Below are positions 11,901 to 26,095 of a stretch of DNA of 64,000 bases, in pieces. The stretch comes from Lama glama (taxonomy: Eukaryota): contig CM052826.1 in the NCBI GenBank assembly GCA_028534125.1, forward strand, positions 20,026,001-20,090,000, written 5' to 3'. The notes under the pieces were generated by a model, which was not told the origin of the DNA, did no database searches, and worked only from the letters and a program-made list of their open reading frames with translations. A program made the translations under genes and the position numbers. Position 1 is the stretch's first letter. Every line of letters begins with the position of its first letter.

Positions 11901-13007
11901 ATCCCTGCCCACGTCAGTACTTGGTTCTTTAGTGTCTGAATTTTTGATGTACGGTGATTTTTCACATCCTCAAATGCTTGTATTAACTTCTCTTTGGAGT
12001 GTTGACTTACAGTGTTCTTCTATTTCCTGATTCCTTTTTGAGGGGACTTTCCCCTTGATTTGTGTGAATTTCCATTTCCTGAATCTTTCCAATTACTCTC
12101 TCTGAATTTACTATTTTCCTTTCCTTTTTGTTACGGAGCAAGGATGTTTTAAGATACATGCAGCTCAATGGCGCCCTCTTATGTCCATGCAGCATGACTT
12201 AACTCCGTGGATTTCGTTTTGGTTTGTTGGTGGCTGCAATATGTAGAGACTTCCAAATATATACTAAATGACCCTGTCCCCCTACCTTTGTTTCTGCTCC
12301 TCTTCACCACACAATTGCCATAGATTAGAGATCTTCTCTCTTCATCCTGACCTTTACTTTCCCCAGGAGCTATGCCTTTTGAAGAATTCATCCCTTTCTT
12401 AGAGCTTACATTCTGATTCGTTCAGAAGTTATTATAGTATTTTTAGACTTAGAATGAACTTAGTCTTTCTGGAGCTAGTTCTAGATCAGCCTCAGCTTCC
12501 CTTTCCATTTCTTCTCTTTTGTATCCCCTGCAGATTTTCTCCATTGCCCTTGGGGCAGGAGTGGAACAGATGAGTGAGGAATCTTATGCTGCGATTCACG
12601 ATTTTTCTCTTTCCCTCTTAGTTCTTTTAAGTTTGGGGCATTTCTCTGGCTTCAAGTTATGCCAATGACATGGATGTGTGTCACTTTGTTTCCCCCACCT
12701 GTTGCTTTGTATTTGGGGGGCGGGAGGAAATATTTGGGATACAAGTAGATCTCACCATCGTGGGACCCTGAGATGTCTCATAGCTCTTCTGATACAAATG
12801 GATAATGTAAGTAATGCCAAAAGATGTGAGGAGCATTTGTAGCATTTTCTAGGCTTACAGGGCACTCCCAGTTGAGGCCACTTTATTTGCCAACCTGAGG
12901 ATTGACTGCAGTCTAACAGGGCAGGAGTCTGCAGTGCCGGGTGAGGTACAGGCAAGGGGGATTATGGCATCAATAAACACTGCAGGTATTACTCGACACG
13001 TAGAATC

Positions 13008-13098
13008 TTTTTTTTTAAATTGGAGGTACTGGGGATGGAACCCAGGACCTCGTGCATGCTAAGCATGCACTCTACCACTGAGCTATACCTCACCCCCC
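13008..13098 (-). mobile_element. tRNA-derived SINE (Vic-1-like)
   Basis: Poly-T then ggggatggaacccaggacctcgtgcatgctaagcatgcactctaccactgagctatac; degenerate TSD acac(g/a)taga(a/g)tct. Confidence 0.85.
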
Positions 13099-13149
13099 AA
13101 CACATAGAGTCTTAAGGAAAGGTTAAGTAAAAATTAATGTTTCAGCACC

Positions 13150-13620
13150 ACTTACAGTAGGCAAAAGGAGGAAACATCCCAAATGCCCATCAACTGATGA
13201 ATGGATCAACGAAATAAGGTAGTTCCAGACAATGGGATATTAGTCGTAAAAAGAAGTTAGGTACCAATACATGCTACACTGTCAATGAACTTGAAAACAT
13301 TGTGTTAAGTGAAAAAAGCCAGACACAAAAGGTCATATATTGTATGATTCCACGTGTATTAAATACACACTCCAAATAGGCAGGTATATAGAGGCAGAAA
13401 GCAGATTAGGGGCTGCCAGGGGCTGGGCGAGGGGGAACGGGGAGTGACTGCTAGTTGATCCAGGGTTTCCTTTTGAGGTGATGGGAAAGTTCTGGAACTA
13501 GGTAGTGATGATGGGTTGCACGACATTGTGAACGGACTTAATGCTACTGAGTTGTTCACTTTAAAATGGTAAAAAAAAAAAAAGAGGTAAATTTTATATT
13601 ATCTGTGTTTTGCCACAATG
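13150..13620 (+). mobile_element. L1MB-like 3' end
   Basis: cccaaatgcccatcaactgatgaatggat...gccagacacaaaaggtcatatattgtatgattcc... Confidence 0.75.
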
Positions 13621-14011
13621 GAAAAGAAGTGAGTGTTGCACAAGATCCCCTCCATCCTGGTCAGCGCATGTGGACTTCTGGGGAGGTTGACTCCATCACT
13701 CAAATGACAGGTTCCTGCCAAAGGTGGGAACACTGGGAGGGCATTCTCTTGTCACCAGCATGACTACAAGGGTGATCTGGTTTCCTGAAACGGTGCCATG
13801 ATTCTCAGTAATAGATGCTTCTCGAATTGTCAACAATGACCATATTCTACCTTATCTCCTGGACAGCTGTCCTCTCCAGGGCAATCCTGCCTTCATTCTT
13901 TCCTATTGAAATCAGATGGAAATTTCTAGACCCCCACGGACAAAAAGATCAGCTTAAAAGGCTTTGCTAATTATTCCCAACCACAGCACCCCATGGCTGT
14001 CATTATAGTGC

Positions 14012-14365
14012 TGTTACGGACTGAATGTTTGTCCCCCACCCTCAAATTCATATACTGAATTCCTAACCCCTGGTGTCATGGTATTTGGACGAGGTAATTA
14101 AGGTTGGATGAAGCCATGAAAGTGGGGTCCTCTGGATGGGATTAGTGTCTTTAGAAGAGGAGGAAGGGACACCAGAGCTCTCTTTCCCTCTGCCATGTGA
14201 GGACACAGAAAGAAGGTAAGACCAGGAGAGAGCCCTTGCCAGAAACCGAATCTGCCAGCACCTTGATCTTGGACTTCCAACCTCCAGAACAGTGAGAAGA
14301 TTAATTTCTGTTGTTTAAGCCCCTCAGCGTATGGTACTTCGTGATGGCAGTCGGAGAAAACTAAC
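14012..14365 (+). mobile_element. MaLR (MLT1A-type) LTR
   Basis: tgttacggactgaatgtttgtcccc...ggacttccaacctccagaacagtgagaa...aaactaaca. Confidence 0.8.
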
Positions 14366-14689
14366 AAAATTATATAACGCAACATGGGATCCTGGATGAG
14401 ACCTTATAACAGAAAAAGGACACCAGGGGGAACACATGAAATCTAATGAAGTCTGTGGTTTAGTTGACAGTATCTTACCAACATGAACTTCCTCATTGTG
14501 ACAATGGTTATGTAAGATGATAACATTAGAGGCAGCTGAGCTGGATAAAGGGTGCACGGAACTCTGGACTACCATTGTAGCTCCTCTACATTTTAAATTA
14601 TTTCCAAATTAAAAGTTTTTTTTTAAAGACTCAAAATATCTATTTAGGATTCCACTTACATGAAGTACTTAGAATAGTCAAAACTTTCA

Positions 14690-15185
14690 AAAAGATAGAT
14701 GCACCCCAATGTTCATAGCANNNNNNNNNNNNNNNNNNNNNNNNNNNNNNNNNNNNNNNNNNNNNNNNNNNNNNNNNNNNNNNNNNNNNNNNNNNNNNNN
14801 NNNNNNNNNNNNNNNNNNNNNNNNNNNNNNNNNNNNNNNNNNNNNNNNNNNNNNNNNNNNNNNNNNNNNNNNNNNNNNNNNNTACTAAGTGAAGTAAGTC
14901 AGACGGAGACAAATATGATATGGTATCACTTACACGTGGAATCTAAAAAAATAATATAAATGAACTTATTTACAAAACAGAAAGAGACTTACAGACATAG
15001 AAAACAAACTTCTGGTTACCAAAGGTGGGGAGGGGTTGTGGGGAGAGATAAATTAGGAGTTTGGGGTTAACAGATACACAACATTACATATGAAATCAAT
15101 AAATGACAAGGTCCTACTGTACAGCACAGGGAACAATATGTTTAATAGCTTTTAATAGCCTATAATGGAAAAGAATCTGAAAAAA

Positions 15186-15226
<41 letters not shown>

Positions 15227-15320
15227 AATCACTTTGCTGTACACCTGAAAGTAACACAACATTGTAAATTAACTATACTTCAATTTTAAAAAAGGTCCAA
15301 AAAAAAAGGAAAAAAAAAAA
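14690..15320 (+). mobile_element. L1 3' end with (TA)n microsatellite, partly gapped
   Basis: ORF2 C-terminal remnant (LSEVSQTE), 3'UTR and A tail; (TA)n at ~15189-15223. Confidence 0.8.
14721..14882. other. assembly gap (others at ~28737-28896, ~29014-29163, 45093-45229)
   Basis: Runs of N, all inside or bordering L1 elements. Confidence 0.95.
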
Positions 15321-17104
15321 GGAAGCTGCTTTCTTTGTATAGTAATCTTGTTGCATCCCTTAATTAGCCCAGAAGTTAAATCCCTAAACTTTCTGGAAAA
15401 AATGATTATTGTCAACTTTTACTCTTCCTTTCCAACATTTATAGGTCTTATTTATTATTGCACTGGAAAATAAGCAAGATAAGCATCTTTATTTTGTTCT
15501 TGATTTTACCAAAAGCGGTTCTCACAATTCGCAAGTAAGACATTTCTGTGGGTTCCGGAAATTGCCACTTATCGAATGAAGGAAGTTTCAACCTGTTCTT
15601 TGTTTACTTCAGCATTTGTTTTCTGGTGGTTATCTTTTCTCTTAATTTATGAAGAATGAGTGTTGAATAGATATATTTAGTAACTGTAATGTGAAGGGGA
15701 CAAAAATAAATTCTGGAAGCATGCAGGCCACGTGATACCGCTTAGATAAACTTCCAGATGTGCAAAACAACCCAACAGATTGTCTAAATGCATCCGTAAT
15801 TAACATGTGTTTTAATATGATAAACACCAAGTTTAGGCGGTTGCCTTGGGGAAGGGAGAGAAATAAGACAAGATGAGGGCACAGGGGACTGTCAGTGGTG
15901 ATTTATTTACGCTTAATAGGATCTGAAATACTTGATAAAGCTGGGTGGAAGGCATGTGGGTTTTCATGTTTGTTTCCTGCATACTTTTGTGTGTGCTTAA
16001 TTGATTTCATAATAATAACAATAAAAAAGCAAAGCCAACACTAACAGTAGAAACCAAAGCATGATACCCTCTGCACTGAGCTAGGTTCCCCAGTGGGTAG
16101 AGAGCTTTCCGTCTCTAGAGAGAATGGAAACCACAGAGTGGGCTTGGCCTTGGGGCTAAATCCTGTGACTTTCACCTTCTTCCTACATTAATCCAAACCC
16201 CTTATCTCCACCATTCAAGTCCTTGTATGATCTGGCCCCAGCTGACACCACAGCCCCAGACTACTGTCCCTGAATTAATCTCAGCTTCTCTGAGGAGTCC
16301 CATTCCCTCTCCTCTCTTAATCTTGCCAAGTGCTAATATCATTCTGGGAACACTCTTTCATCCTCTGGAATAATTCTGGCTTTTTCTCCAGGTATCACCT
16401 CCTCCCGGAAGCCCTCCTGGATCCTCCAGGCTGAGTCAGATGGCTCTTGTGGTTCTCAGAGTTCCCTGTGCCTTCCAGACTCGTCACATTGTTTCAACAT
16501 CCTTGATGACAACTTCCCCACCTACCTGGCCCCCTGGAAATGAATCTCCCTTCCTTGTACCAGACAAAGGCTAGAGGTTAGAGGGCTGTACCAGCCTCAT
16601 GCCTGGAACCTCGTTTCCCCTTTTATTTCCCTGGTGACAAATTCTGGGCCCAGGACAGGGGGTGGGCAGCCTTCTGGTTGCCTTGCTACACTGGACATCT
16701 TCCTCCACCTCCCCAAAGCAGCTTCAGCTCCAGGTATATGCAAGAGAGATATCCCTGTCTCCTTGTGCTTGCCTTGGCTGTGTCCATCATGCAAACCCTT
16801 CTCCTTTTTCTGTCAGCACCGCACGTGTCCTTTATGGCCCACTTCCAATGCTACCTCTTGCAGAAAAACTCCTCTGTATTCACTGTTACTCCTTCGTAAG
16901 TACTGACAATTCAATTCCAGTTAAATCATTTCCCCAAAACATATTCTGATGAGATTGCGCAATCCCTGTGGGTTTTTTCCCATTTCCTCCCACTGAGCCC
17001 TCATCCCTCCTAGTGCCACTGAATTTGAGAGACCCAGGAGGGTGTGCCCTTCCAGAACTCCCTGCCTCACAGTAACCTCCTGCTGTTAAGACAGCTGTCA
17101 GCGC

Positions 17105-17250
17105 TTTTTTTAAAATTTGATGTATAGTCAGTTACAATGTGTCAATTTCTGATGTACAGCATAATGTCCCAGTCATGCATACATATATATTCATTTTCAT
17201 ATTCTTTTTCATTAAAGGATATTACAAGATATTTAATATAGTTCCCTATG
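17105..17250 (-). mobile_element. L1 3' end fragment
   Basis: Same subfamily motif as 4630-4740. Confidence 0.7.
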
Positions 17251-17871
17251 TTAGCACCTTTTGATGTGGGTTCCATTTCTGATGATGAAGGCAAGATGGG
17301 TCTTGTGTCTCGGAACTAGGGGACTTCTAGGAAGAGGAGTGGGACCCTCCCATTTTGTGGAAAATAACCTTTGTCAGCTGTGCATTGGCCTCTGAGCACT
17401 GCCGACTGTTCACATCCTCTCTCTGCATCACAGGCATCCTCTCTGATGTGTGCAAAACACATCCCTACATACACGTGCGCCATGGCACTGTGAATCTCAA
17501 GTGGTTTCTGCTTTTGGCTACTCTAGGTTACTGGGATCTAGACCGTGGCTGCCTCTGCAACTAGATTATTCCTCATTTGTTTCAGGGTGTGTGCCCATCA
17601 AGTTTTCCCTACTCATTCATGAGCACCCAGAAGGCCCGTAAGGAAGTGGAAAGACCGGCCACCATGTGGAAGGTGATAGTTACCTTTGTATTTCTAATAC
17701 TTAAGCAACTTCTAAAAATTAATAAGAAAAAACAAACCCAAACCATCTGATAGCAAAAGATGGAAAAAGGATACAATTTATAGAAAAGCAAACCAGAAGA
17801 GTTAATCAACACACAATGGATACTCAAAATCTCCAGGCGTCTATCTAAATACAATCTAAAGCCACAATGAC

Positions 17872-18026
17872 TGTACAGCACAGGAAACCATATTCAATAG
17901 CTTGTAATAACCTATGATGAAAAAGAAGATGAAAAAATATGTATGTGTACAGCTGAATCACTATGCTGTACACCAGAAACTAACACAACATTACAAATCA
18001 ACTATAATTCAATTAAAAAATAACAC
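17872..18026 (+). mobile_element. 5'-truncated L1 with TSD
   Basis: TSD agccacaatgac at 17860-17871 and 18027-18038. Confidence 0.8.
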
Positions 18027-18052
18027 AGCCACAATGACATTTGGTGAGAAAG

Positions 18053-18720
18053 TGTTGCCGAAAGATCTGCCCCTGTCCCTGGCTAGTCAAGGAATTCAGA
18101 GACCGGGTTTTGGAGCTTAGAAGAAAAGAGGCAGCTTTACTGCTTTGCCGGGCAAAGGGGGCTCGCAGGAGGCTAGTGCCTTCAACACGGTGAGCCCGTC
18201 TTAGGGTTGGGGCTTAGTGATTATATAGTGAACAAATTGGAGAGTAAAAGGGGATAGCAATCAACAAGTCTCTGATGAAGCTTCCTCCTGAAACTTGGCA
18301 AGTCTGACCGGCATCATGGGACCGTCCGGTGGTCGGGAGGGTCATCAGCCCGCGACCTTCTTTATCTGATCAGACTCATCAGGCACCGGAGGGACTTCGG
18401 AGGGTCTGGTCATTCTCCTAAGGTTGTCATCTGGTGAGTCACTTCCTAGGGGAAGGACTCAGAATCCATGCATGATTGTAAATTTCAGTTGCCAGAGTGA
18501 GGTGAAACAAGCAGGAAAATGAATAACTCCTACTCCAGCTCTGGTTGTGACCGTGGGCCTGGGGCTGGGGCAGTGTCCGGCCACTCAGATTTGGTGACTG
18601 TTTCAAAAGCAAACGGCAAGTATAAGGCCAGGAATTAATTAGCCTAAGCGCTGCCATTTTGTTATTTCTTCCTCAAAAGCATGAAAGTTGTTCTCACAAA
18701 AAAACTTAAAGACTTGTTTT
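18053..18720 (-). mobile_element. ERV1-like LTR (right boundary uncertain)
   Basis: tgttgccgaaa terminus; minus-strand AGTAAA at ~18136-18141 and TATATAA at ~18222-18228. Confidence 0.55.
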
Positions 18721-18912
18721 AACCAAGGGGGTAAAAAGAAAGAGAGAACGGGAAAGGAGAGAGATAACAAGGGACCAAAAGTGAAGGAATTAATAAGGAT
18801 TTCACGTAATGAATTAGTTTTTAAAAAGCAAAAAAAGAAAAAACTAAAAGAAAATAAGAGCAGGGAGTTTTTTTTTAAATAAAAGGTGAAATAATTGAAG
18901 AGGAAAAGAATA

Positions 18913-19668
18913 TACAAACGATAAACGCTGGAGAGGGTGTGGAGAAAAGGGAACCCTCCTACAGTGCTGGTGGGAATGTACTGTGGTGCAACCACTATGG
19001 AGAACAGTATGAAGATTGCTTAATAAACTAAAAATAGACTTACTATATGATCCAGCAATCCCACTCCTGGCCATATACCCAGAGAAAATTCTAATTTGAA
19101 AAGATACATGTACCACAATGTTCATAGCAACACTACTTACAATGGCCAAGACATGGAAGCAATCTAAATGTCCATCGACAGATGATTTGATAAAGATGTG
19201 GAATATATATGCAACGGAATACGACTCAGCCATAAAGAAGAATGAAATAATGCCATTTGCAGCAACATGGATGGACCTGGAGATTGTCATACTAAGTAAA
19301 GTAAGCCAGAAAGAGAAAGAAAAATACCATATGATATCACTCGTATGTGGAATCTTAAAAAATGACCCAAATGAACTTATTCACAAAACAGAAACAGACT
19401 CACAGACATAGAAAACAAACTTATGGTTACCAGAGGGGGAAGGTGGGGTGGAGGAATAAATTGGGAGTTTGAGATTTGCAGATACACACTACTATACATA
19501 AAATAGATAAACAATAAGGTCCTGCTGTATAGCATAGGAAACTGTATTTGATACCTTGTAATAGCCTGTAATGAAAAAGAATATATATATGTATGTAACT
19601 AAATCACTATGCTGTATACCAGAAACCAACACAACACTAAACCGACTATACTTCAATTACAAAAAAAC
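18913..19668 (+). mobile_element. L1 ORF2 3' end plus 3'UTR
   Basis: ORF 19118-19411 [20 protein letters not shown]...[18 protein letters not shown] matches the L1 ORF2 C-terminus; A tail at ~19660. Confidence 0.9.
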
Positions 19669-21912
19669 CCCAGCAGCAACTGCCAAGTATAAAGAGCTTT
19701 TATACATTTTAACTCAGATAAACTCATAACAGTCCAATGAGGAGGGAACTATGACTATGACCATCCCACTTTATAGATGGGGAACCGAGACACAGAAACG
19801 TTCATCCATCCTTCAGAGATGACACATCTCGTGAGTGGTATAGTTGGGATTCAAACCCAGGCAGTTTCACTGTAAACTAGTAAACAGTACCACGCCTTTA
19901 AACCAAAAATAGTAGAAAGCATAAACAAAACCCATTTTTTAGGAAAAGACTGCTTGTCCCCTCTCAGCCTTGGAACTTTCCCTGACACACCCACTGCCTG
20001 GGAAAGCGGCTCCCCTCCCCACGCACCTCAGGCCCCAAAACTGTTACCTTTGCTTGGAGTGCAAATGTACGCTCATTTATCTTTACAGCTATTTCAGTTA
20101 CCTACTGCAATATAACAAACCACCCCACAAGTTAGTGGCTTAAAACCAGTGATTTGTTAGTTTTCACAATTCCACGGGTTGACTGGGTGGCTCCTTTCCT
20201 GGTCTCACTTAGAATTGGTTGGGGTGTTGCATTCAGATGGCACTTGGAATGGCTGGCAGAGCCAAGAGTAGCTGTGCTGCTGGCTGCCAGCTGGACTGCT
20301 TTGTCCTCCACGTGGCCTCCCATCTTCACTGCGCTAAGCCGGGCTCTCTAACCAGGCCATCCGCAGCATCCCATGAGCACAGAGATGGAAGTTGCAAAGC
20401 ATGCTGGGGCCCAACATGGAAGTCACATGGTGATGCTTCTGTACACCCATTGGTCAAAATGAGTCAAGTGGGTAGTCCAGCTTCAGAAGGGAGAGGAAAT
20501 TGACTCCACTTGATGGGAGGAGTAACAAAGTCACATCACAGAGAGAGGCTGGCCCGCATCTCTCAGTCTCCCACAATAACTAAGAGAAGAGTAGCTGGGG
20601 CAGGAGGAACGTGGCTTTGGTCAGGACACCAGCACCTCTTGGCTGGGTAGCGTTGGGTGAGCCACCTTTCCTGTCTGAGCTTTGGATTAATCCAGTTTTA
20701 GCATCACCTTGATAATCATCATTTTAGTTACTACCTGGGGAAACAGGCTACAAATCAACAACTTTAGAAACCTTTTCTAGCAGATTCTCTCCCTGAACAT
20801 GGATAATCCATTTAACTAGAGGTCCCTGTTGATCTTACGTGGCAACCACAGAAAGATAATAACAATGCCAACAGCAGAAATACTAGCAGCTACCTTGTAT
20901 GGACCCCTTCACCTTACTTTTTAATTATGTTCATTATTTGCTGTCTGTCTCTCCCTACCCCTTACTGGAATGTTAACTCGAAGAAGGAAGGAACCGGATT
21001 CTTTGGGACATCGATGCATCCCCAATTCCTTGGTGGATGCCTGGTACGTGGTAGGTGTCCAGTATTAGTTGAAAGAATGACCTTTGGTGGATTTTGTGTC
21101 TGGTGATGGCATCAAGACTTGTTGAGCATAACCTCATTTCTTTATCACAACATCCCTTGGAGGAAAGTCCTGTCACTGCCCTCCTTTGCACAGAGGAGAA
21201 AAACGGAGGCTTCTAGAAGCTGCGTATATATACCTTATGCACCCACACAATAGGAGAGTCCAGAGGCTTAGCTGACCACAGTTCAACAATCATCTGTGTT
21301 CTACCTTCTGGATGAAGAGGATTGAATGGTCAGGGTCAGACGTAGCCTCTGGCAGGCACCTGCAGGGGAGTTGAGGAGGGAAACTGAGCTGCTATGGGTG
21401 GGGGCATGCCTGAGAGGGCTTTCTCAGGGACCCACAGGGAGCGGCCACAACTTTGCCATGTTCAGCCTGCCCTCTCAGGAGGAAGGCCAGGATCGGACCT
21501 ATAAGAGATGAGGACCAAGCTGCAAAGTGAAGCCCCAGCACAACCTAGAGATTGTCACTGGATTGTGTGCCTGGTGACTATCGGGACTGGGATAAGTGGC
21601 CTGGAGATGCTGCTACAGCAACCAGGCCAGGGAGGCTGGGAGTGCCACACGCACACGCACACACACACGCACACACACACTTCACTTCCCGTCCCTTCCA
21701 CTTCCTCTGTCCCCCTCAACTCCCCACTTCCCCACCCCACCCAACACTTACTCCAGCCCAGACCAGCAAGGGTCCGTCACTGTGATTGGTCACTGGGTTC
21801 CTGATACTGAGAACGGACACTCAGGAGATGGGAAGGAAGGGAGAGTGGGCGGGGTGGAAGGAGGGATGGGGCTACATTTACATCTTTGCCCAGAGCTGGG
21901 CGCCTGCTCACC

Positions 21913-24691
21913 ATGGACACTGCCGGATACAGCAAGTGGGATGGCAGACTGCAGGAGGTCCCTGGAGGTATGAGTCAGGGGGTCCCTCTCTGGCCGGTAG
22001 TTTGGGGTTTGATGGGAGAAGGGAAAGAAATAGCCAAGAGAGGGCCTAAGTAGTGGGTGTGGGAGAGACACCACATGCCAGAGAGCTAGCTGGAGTTGGA
22101 TTCAGATTCCTACTCTGCCACTGAGCGGCTGTGTGACCACAGGTAAGTTACTGTACCTCTCTGAATCTGTTTCCTGAGAGGAACCCAAGCTTCTAGGGCT
22201 CAGTCCTCGAGCTCGGGATCCTGGTACAGGAGGGACTCAGGAGTCCATCTGTGTTATCTCAGGGCACTGGGGACGCTGGGGACAGAGACCCCTCTTCCTG
22301 GCCCTGGCTCTCGTGGTTGTCACAGTCCTATGGGTCCTCATTCTGAGCATCCTATTTTCCAAGGGTGAGTGACGGATGATGAGGGAGGTTATGTCCAGCC
22401 CCGCTGGCAACATAGACCTTCCCTCTGCCCCAGGGCACATCAGCCAGGTCCCGGATCCCTGCCTGGCTCTGAGTGTGAACACGTGTGAACAGTTTGTGTG
22501 CACTTACATGTGTGTGCATATGCATGAATGAATGTGTGTGTGTCCCAATATGTATGTCTCCTGTCGCTGTGTGTGTACCGACGTGTGCTACACGCCTCCC
22601 CGCCCCCTCTGTACATCCCATGATAGGGGTCCCCGCAGCCCCGCCCCTGGGCGAGGGGAGAGTTCCCGAGTTCCCCTCTCTCCGCAGCCTCCACGGAGCG
22701 CGGGGCGCTGCTAGGTCATCAGGACCTGCTGAGGACAAACGGTGCGTGCGGAACTGGGGCCCTTGGGTCTCCGGGGTTGCAGGGCGGTAGGGTCTTGGGC
22801 CCTGGCGACCGGGTGGCGGGTGAGTGGGTGGGGACCCCACGGTCCGCGAGGCTGGCCCCTCAGTGGGGCAGGATGTCCCGTGAGACTTCCAGGGTGACCT
22901 GGCGTGTGTGGGTCGGACTGGGAATCATTCCAGCTTCGAAGCAGACAACGGTGCTGGGTGCCTTGAAGGAGGATGTCCGAGCCTGCAATAGCTGCTGTGA
23001 GACTTGTGGGCCGAGGGCATGGGGCTCATGGCGGGAACTGGAGGTAGCGAGTGGAAGTGGGGCTTGTGGCAGCTGGGGGCGGGGCTCGAGGCGGCTAGGG
23101 GCGGGGCGGGGCGGGCTGGTCTCAGAAGTCCCGCCCCCAACCTCGCCGTCCTTCCCAGGCCTGGGGACTCAGGCGCAGCTGCAGACCCTGCGCACTCAGC
23201 TTGGGGAGGCACAGACCAAGGTGATCCAGCAGGAGAGCGCCCTGAAAGAACTGAGCGAGCGCGGTGAGGGCGGAACATGCCACGACCCTTGACCTCTCAC
23301 CCCGGTTCTTACCCGACCCTTGATTCACCTCCGGATTCCTCTGTAACCCCCACACTATCCTGTGATCCTGACCATTGATCCCAGTCGTGTCCCCCATCCT
23401 GACTCTGACCTTGACTGCAACTCCTAACCCCAACCACAACCGGGCCCTACCCAGCTACAACAGTCTTTGACCGTGATGTCATTCTTGACCTTGATGCTGA
23501 CCACGGACGTGGACGCTGACCTTATCTAATCATGACCCTACTCTTGACCGTGGTCCTAGCTATAATCTGGACTCCCTTTACTTGGCAGTGGCCCAGGGCT
23601 TGGCTGAAGCCGGTAGAGACCGTGAAAACATCCGCACTGAGCTGTTCCGGACGCTGGAGGGAATCCGGCTCGGGAATAGTGAGCAGGATCCGGAGGCAGG
23701 GAGGGGAGAGGGGAGAGGACAAGTGGGCCCTGCCTTTAGGCCCCCGGATTTCCTGATCCGCCCGGCCCCGCCCTTTGAACTAGGCCAGGTCTCAGTGGCT
23801 CCGCCCCTGGGCCCTAGGGTCCAATCACCCCCTCTCCAGTCCTCTCCGTCGGCTCCACCTGGGAGCACCTCTTTGACCCTCGTCACCTCGCAGGCTCCTG
23901 CGAGAAGTGCCCCAAGTCGTGGCTGCCGTTCCAGGGCTCCTGTTACCTTTTCTCCCCGCTGCGGGCCACGTGGGTGGAGGCGCAGCATCATTGCGAGCGC
24001 GCCGGCGCGCACCTGGTGATTGTCGGGGGCCTGGATGAGCAGGTGCGCAGCCCCGGTGGTCCGAGGGGGCAGACGGAGTTCACCTGAGGGGACGTGGCCC
24101 GGAAGGTGGCGCTGGCGGAGCGGGACTGACTCGCTGACTCAGTCTCCTCTCCTGCCCAGGGTTTCTTGAGTCGGAACACGCAGGGCCGCGGTTACTGGCT
24201 GGGACTGAGGGCAGTACGCCGGGCGCGCAAGATCCAGGGTTACCAGTGGGTGGACGGAGTCTCGCTCAGCTTCAGGTGAGGAAAGGGTCTCGGGGAGGCT
24301 GACAGCTCCGATCCTAGGGAAAGTGCCAGATCTCAGGGCCTCCTTAGGGGTGGGCGGGCTAGATTTCAGGAACTTCCTGTAGGTTAAATTCTGGGATTAG
24401 AAAGTTATATCCCAGACTCGTGCTTAGGTTAGACCTTCAAGATGTCTAGGTTACCTAAGCAGTAAACAGGATAGACCCGGGAAAGCTGGACCCCAGGGCC
24501 ATCCTCAGCCTAGCTCCCAGCACACCCCCCGCCCCCCGCCAACCCACTGCAGCTACTGGAATCGGGGGGAGCCCAATGACTCTCTGGGGCGCGAGGATTG
24601 CATCATGATGCTACGCACGGGGATGTGGAACGACGCACCGTGCGACAGCAAGGACGACAGCTGGATCTGTGAGAAGAGGCACCAATGCTGA
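21913..24691 (+). CDS. CLEC4G: LSECtin, C-type lectin domain family 4 member G, 290 aa
   Basis: Exons 21913-21967, 22263-22364, 22688-22741, 22934-22996, 23159-23263, 23589-23678, 23894-24042, 24160-24275, 24553-24691; total 873 nt, all GT-AG. Protein MDTAGYSKW...RPLFLALA...LLRTNASKQT...GYWLGLRAVR...GEPND...WNDAPC...ICEKRHQC closely resembles human CLEC4G. Confidence 0.97.
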
Positions 24692-25082
24692 TTTTGCCCA
24701 GTGCCCCAGAGCCACGCCCACTGGCACTTGTCCAATCGTCTGAGCTGCTCACCGTCCTGGCTCCGCGCACTGCCATCGATCCCCGGCCCCCCCCTGTACG
24801 GAGAACCACCCCACCACCCACAACCTAGGACTGTAACTGAGCTCTGGAACTTCTCTGCTCCAACCTCTGCAATGCTCACACGTGGATATAACCTAGTTTC
24901 CACCCACTGCAAAATCTGGGCTCCTGGGCTAGAAATCTGACCCCACCCCCTCCCTAGCCAAGGTCAGGCAACTGACCGATGAAGCTGTTTGGTTTACTTG
25001 TATTTTACCCTAAATGGGACGCCTCACAGATGGGCATTTTGTGAGCTTTCTTTGCGGCCAGAGCCGCAGCCTAGGGAGCATC

Positions 25083-25088
25083 AATAAA
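25083..25088 (+). terminator. polyadenylation signal of CLEC4G
   Basis: AATAAA about 390 nt after the stop codon. Confidence 0.75.
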
Positions 25089-26095
25089 TGTTTGAGAAAT
25101 GAATCTTGGCTCCTGACTCTGGCCAGCTGTTCTAAGGTTTATCTCAGAGACCCTGATATAATCCCTGTGAGTGGCCTTGAGCTCTGTAAGTGACCTTCAG
25201 GGCCCAACATGCCCCCAAAACTCAGTGACTAACCTGCATTGGGCCATGAGGGCTGTAGGGCAGTGGGGACACGGGAATGAGTCAGACCCCATCCTCACCC
25301 TCTGGGAACCTCCTCATTCTGGTCTAGCTGGCATAGGAACAATGTGACCAGTGAGTCGACTGAGCAATGCATGAAGGAGTGTCATGTGATGAATTTGGAG
25401 GGGCCACTTGTGTCCCCAGGGAGAGGACCTGTGCTGAGATACTGTAGCAGTGGCCCTGTTCCTTGAGGAGACTGTCACCCCATTGTGACGATTACAGGCA
25501 GCCTGGCACAATGCCCTGAGATGTGTGGGAGGGGGGCTGCCTGGATGAGCAGGTCCCTTCTGCCTTGGGCACCTGGGTTGTGGGGGTGTTGAGGAAATAC
25601 ATCCAGAGAAGATAGACTTTCGAGGAAAAATAGGATTTTAGCATGTGAGCTGGGGAGGAAGGGCTTTGTAGGCAGAGGGTGTTGGAAAGGGTAGGGCATG
25701 GCTGAACCCATTTGCGGGGTGTGGGAAGCACACAGCCTGGCTTTATCTACTGGGGACTTTTGATCTGAATTTACCCTGCACTCCCAAAGCTTCTTGCTCC
25801 CTTCTTGGGGACCTGAGGGCTCTCCCAGAATTTCCAGTGGAGACAGATCCAACTGAGCGGAGTGACAGGCTAGCAGTTTCTAGATTTGGGCAGAGCTGAG
25901 TCCAAAACCAAAGCTGCTGGGAGACCCCAGGCTGCCCAGCCCTGAAAGCATCCATGGAGTAGGAAGAGGAGGGAATACCACCCAAACTGCCTGGCTAGGT
26001 GGAACCTTTCAGGCACTGACCAGGTCCAGACAGATAACTTACCTAGTGGACTGTTTCCTAGACTGATGGGTTTCCAGACAGTCCACTTGGAGGAG

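Noticed and set aside
14640-14959. ORFs spanning X runs (also 28711-29264 and 45042-45278)
   Set aside because: Produced by N gaps within L1 remnants.
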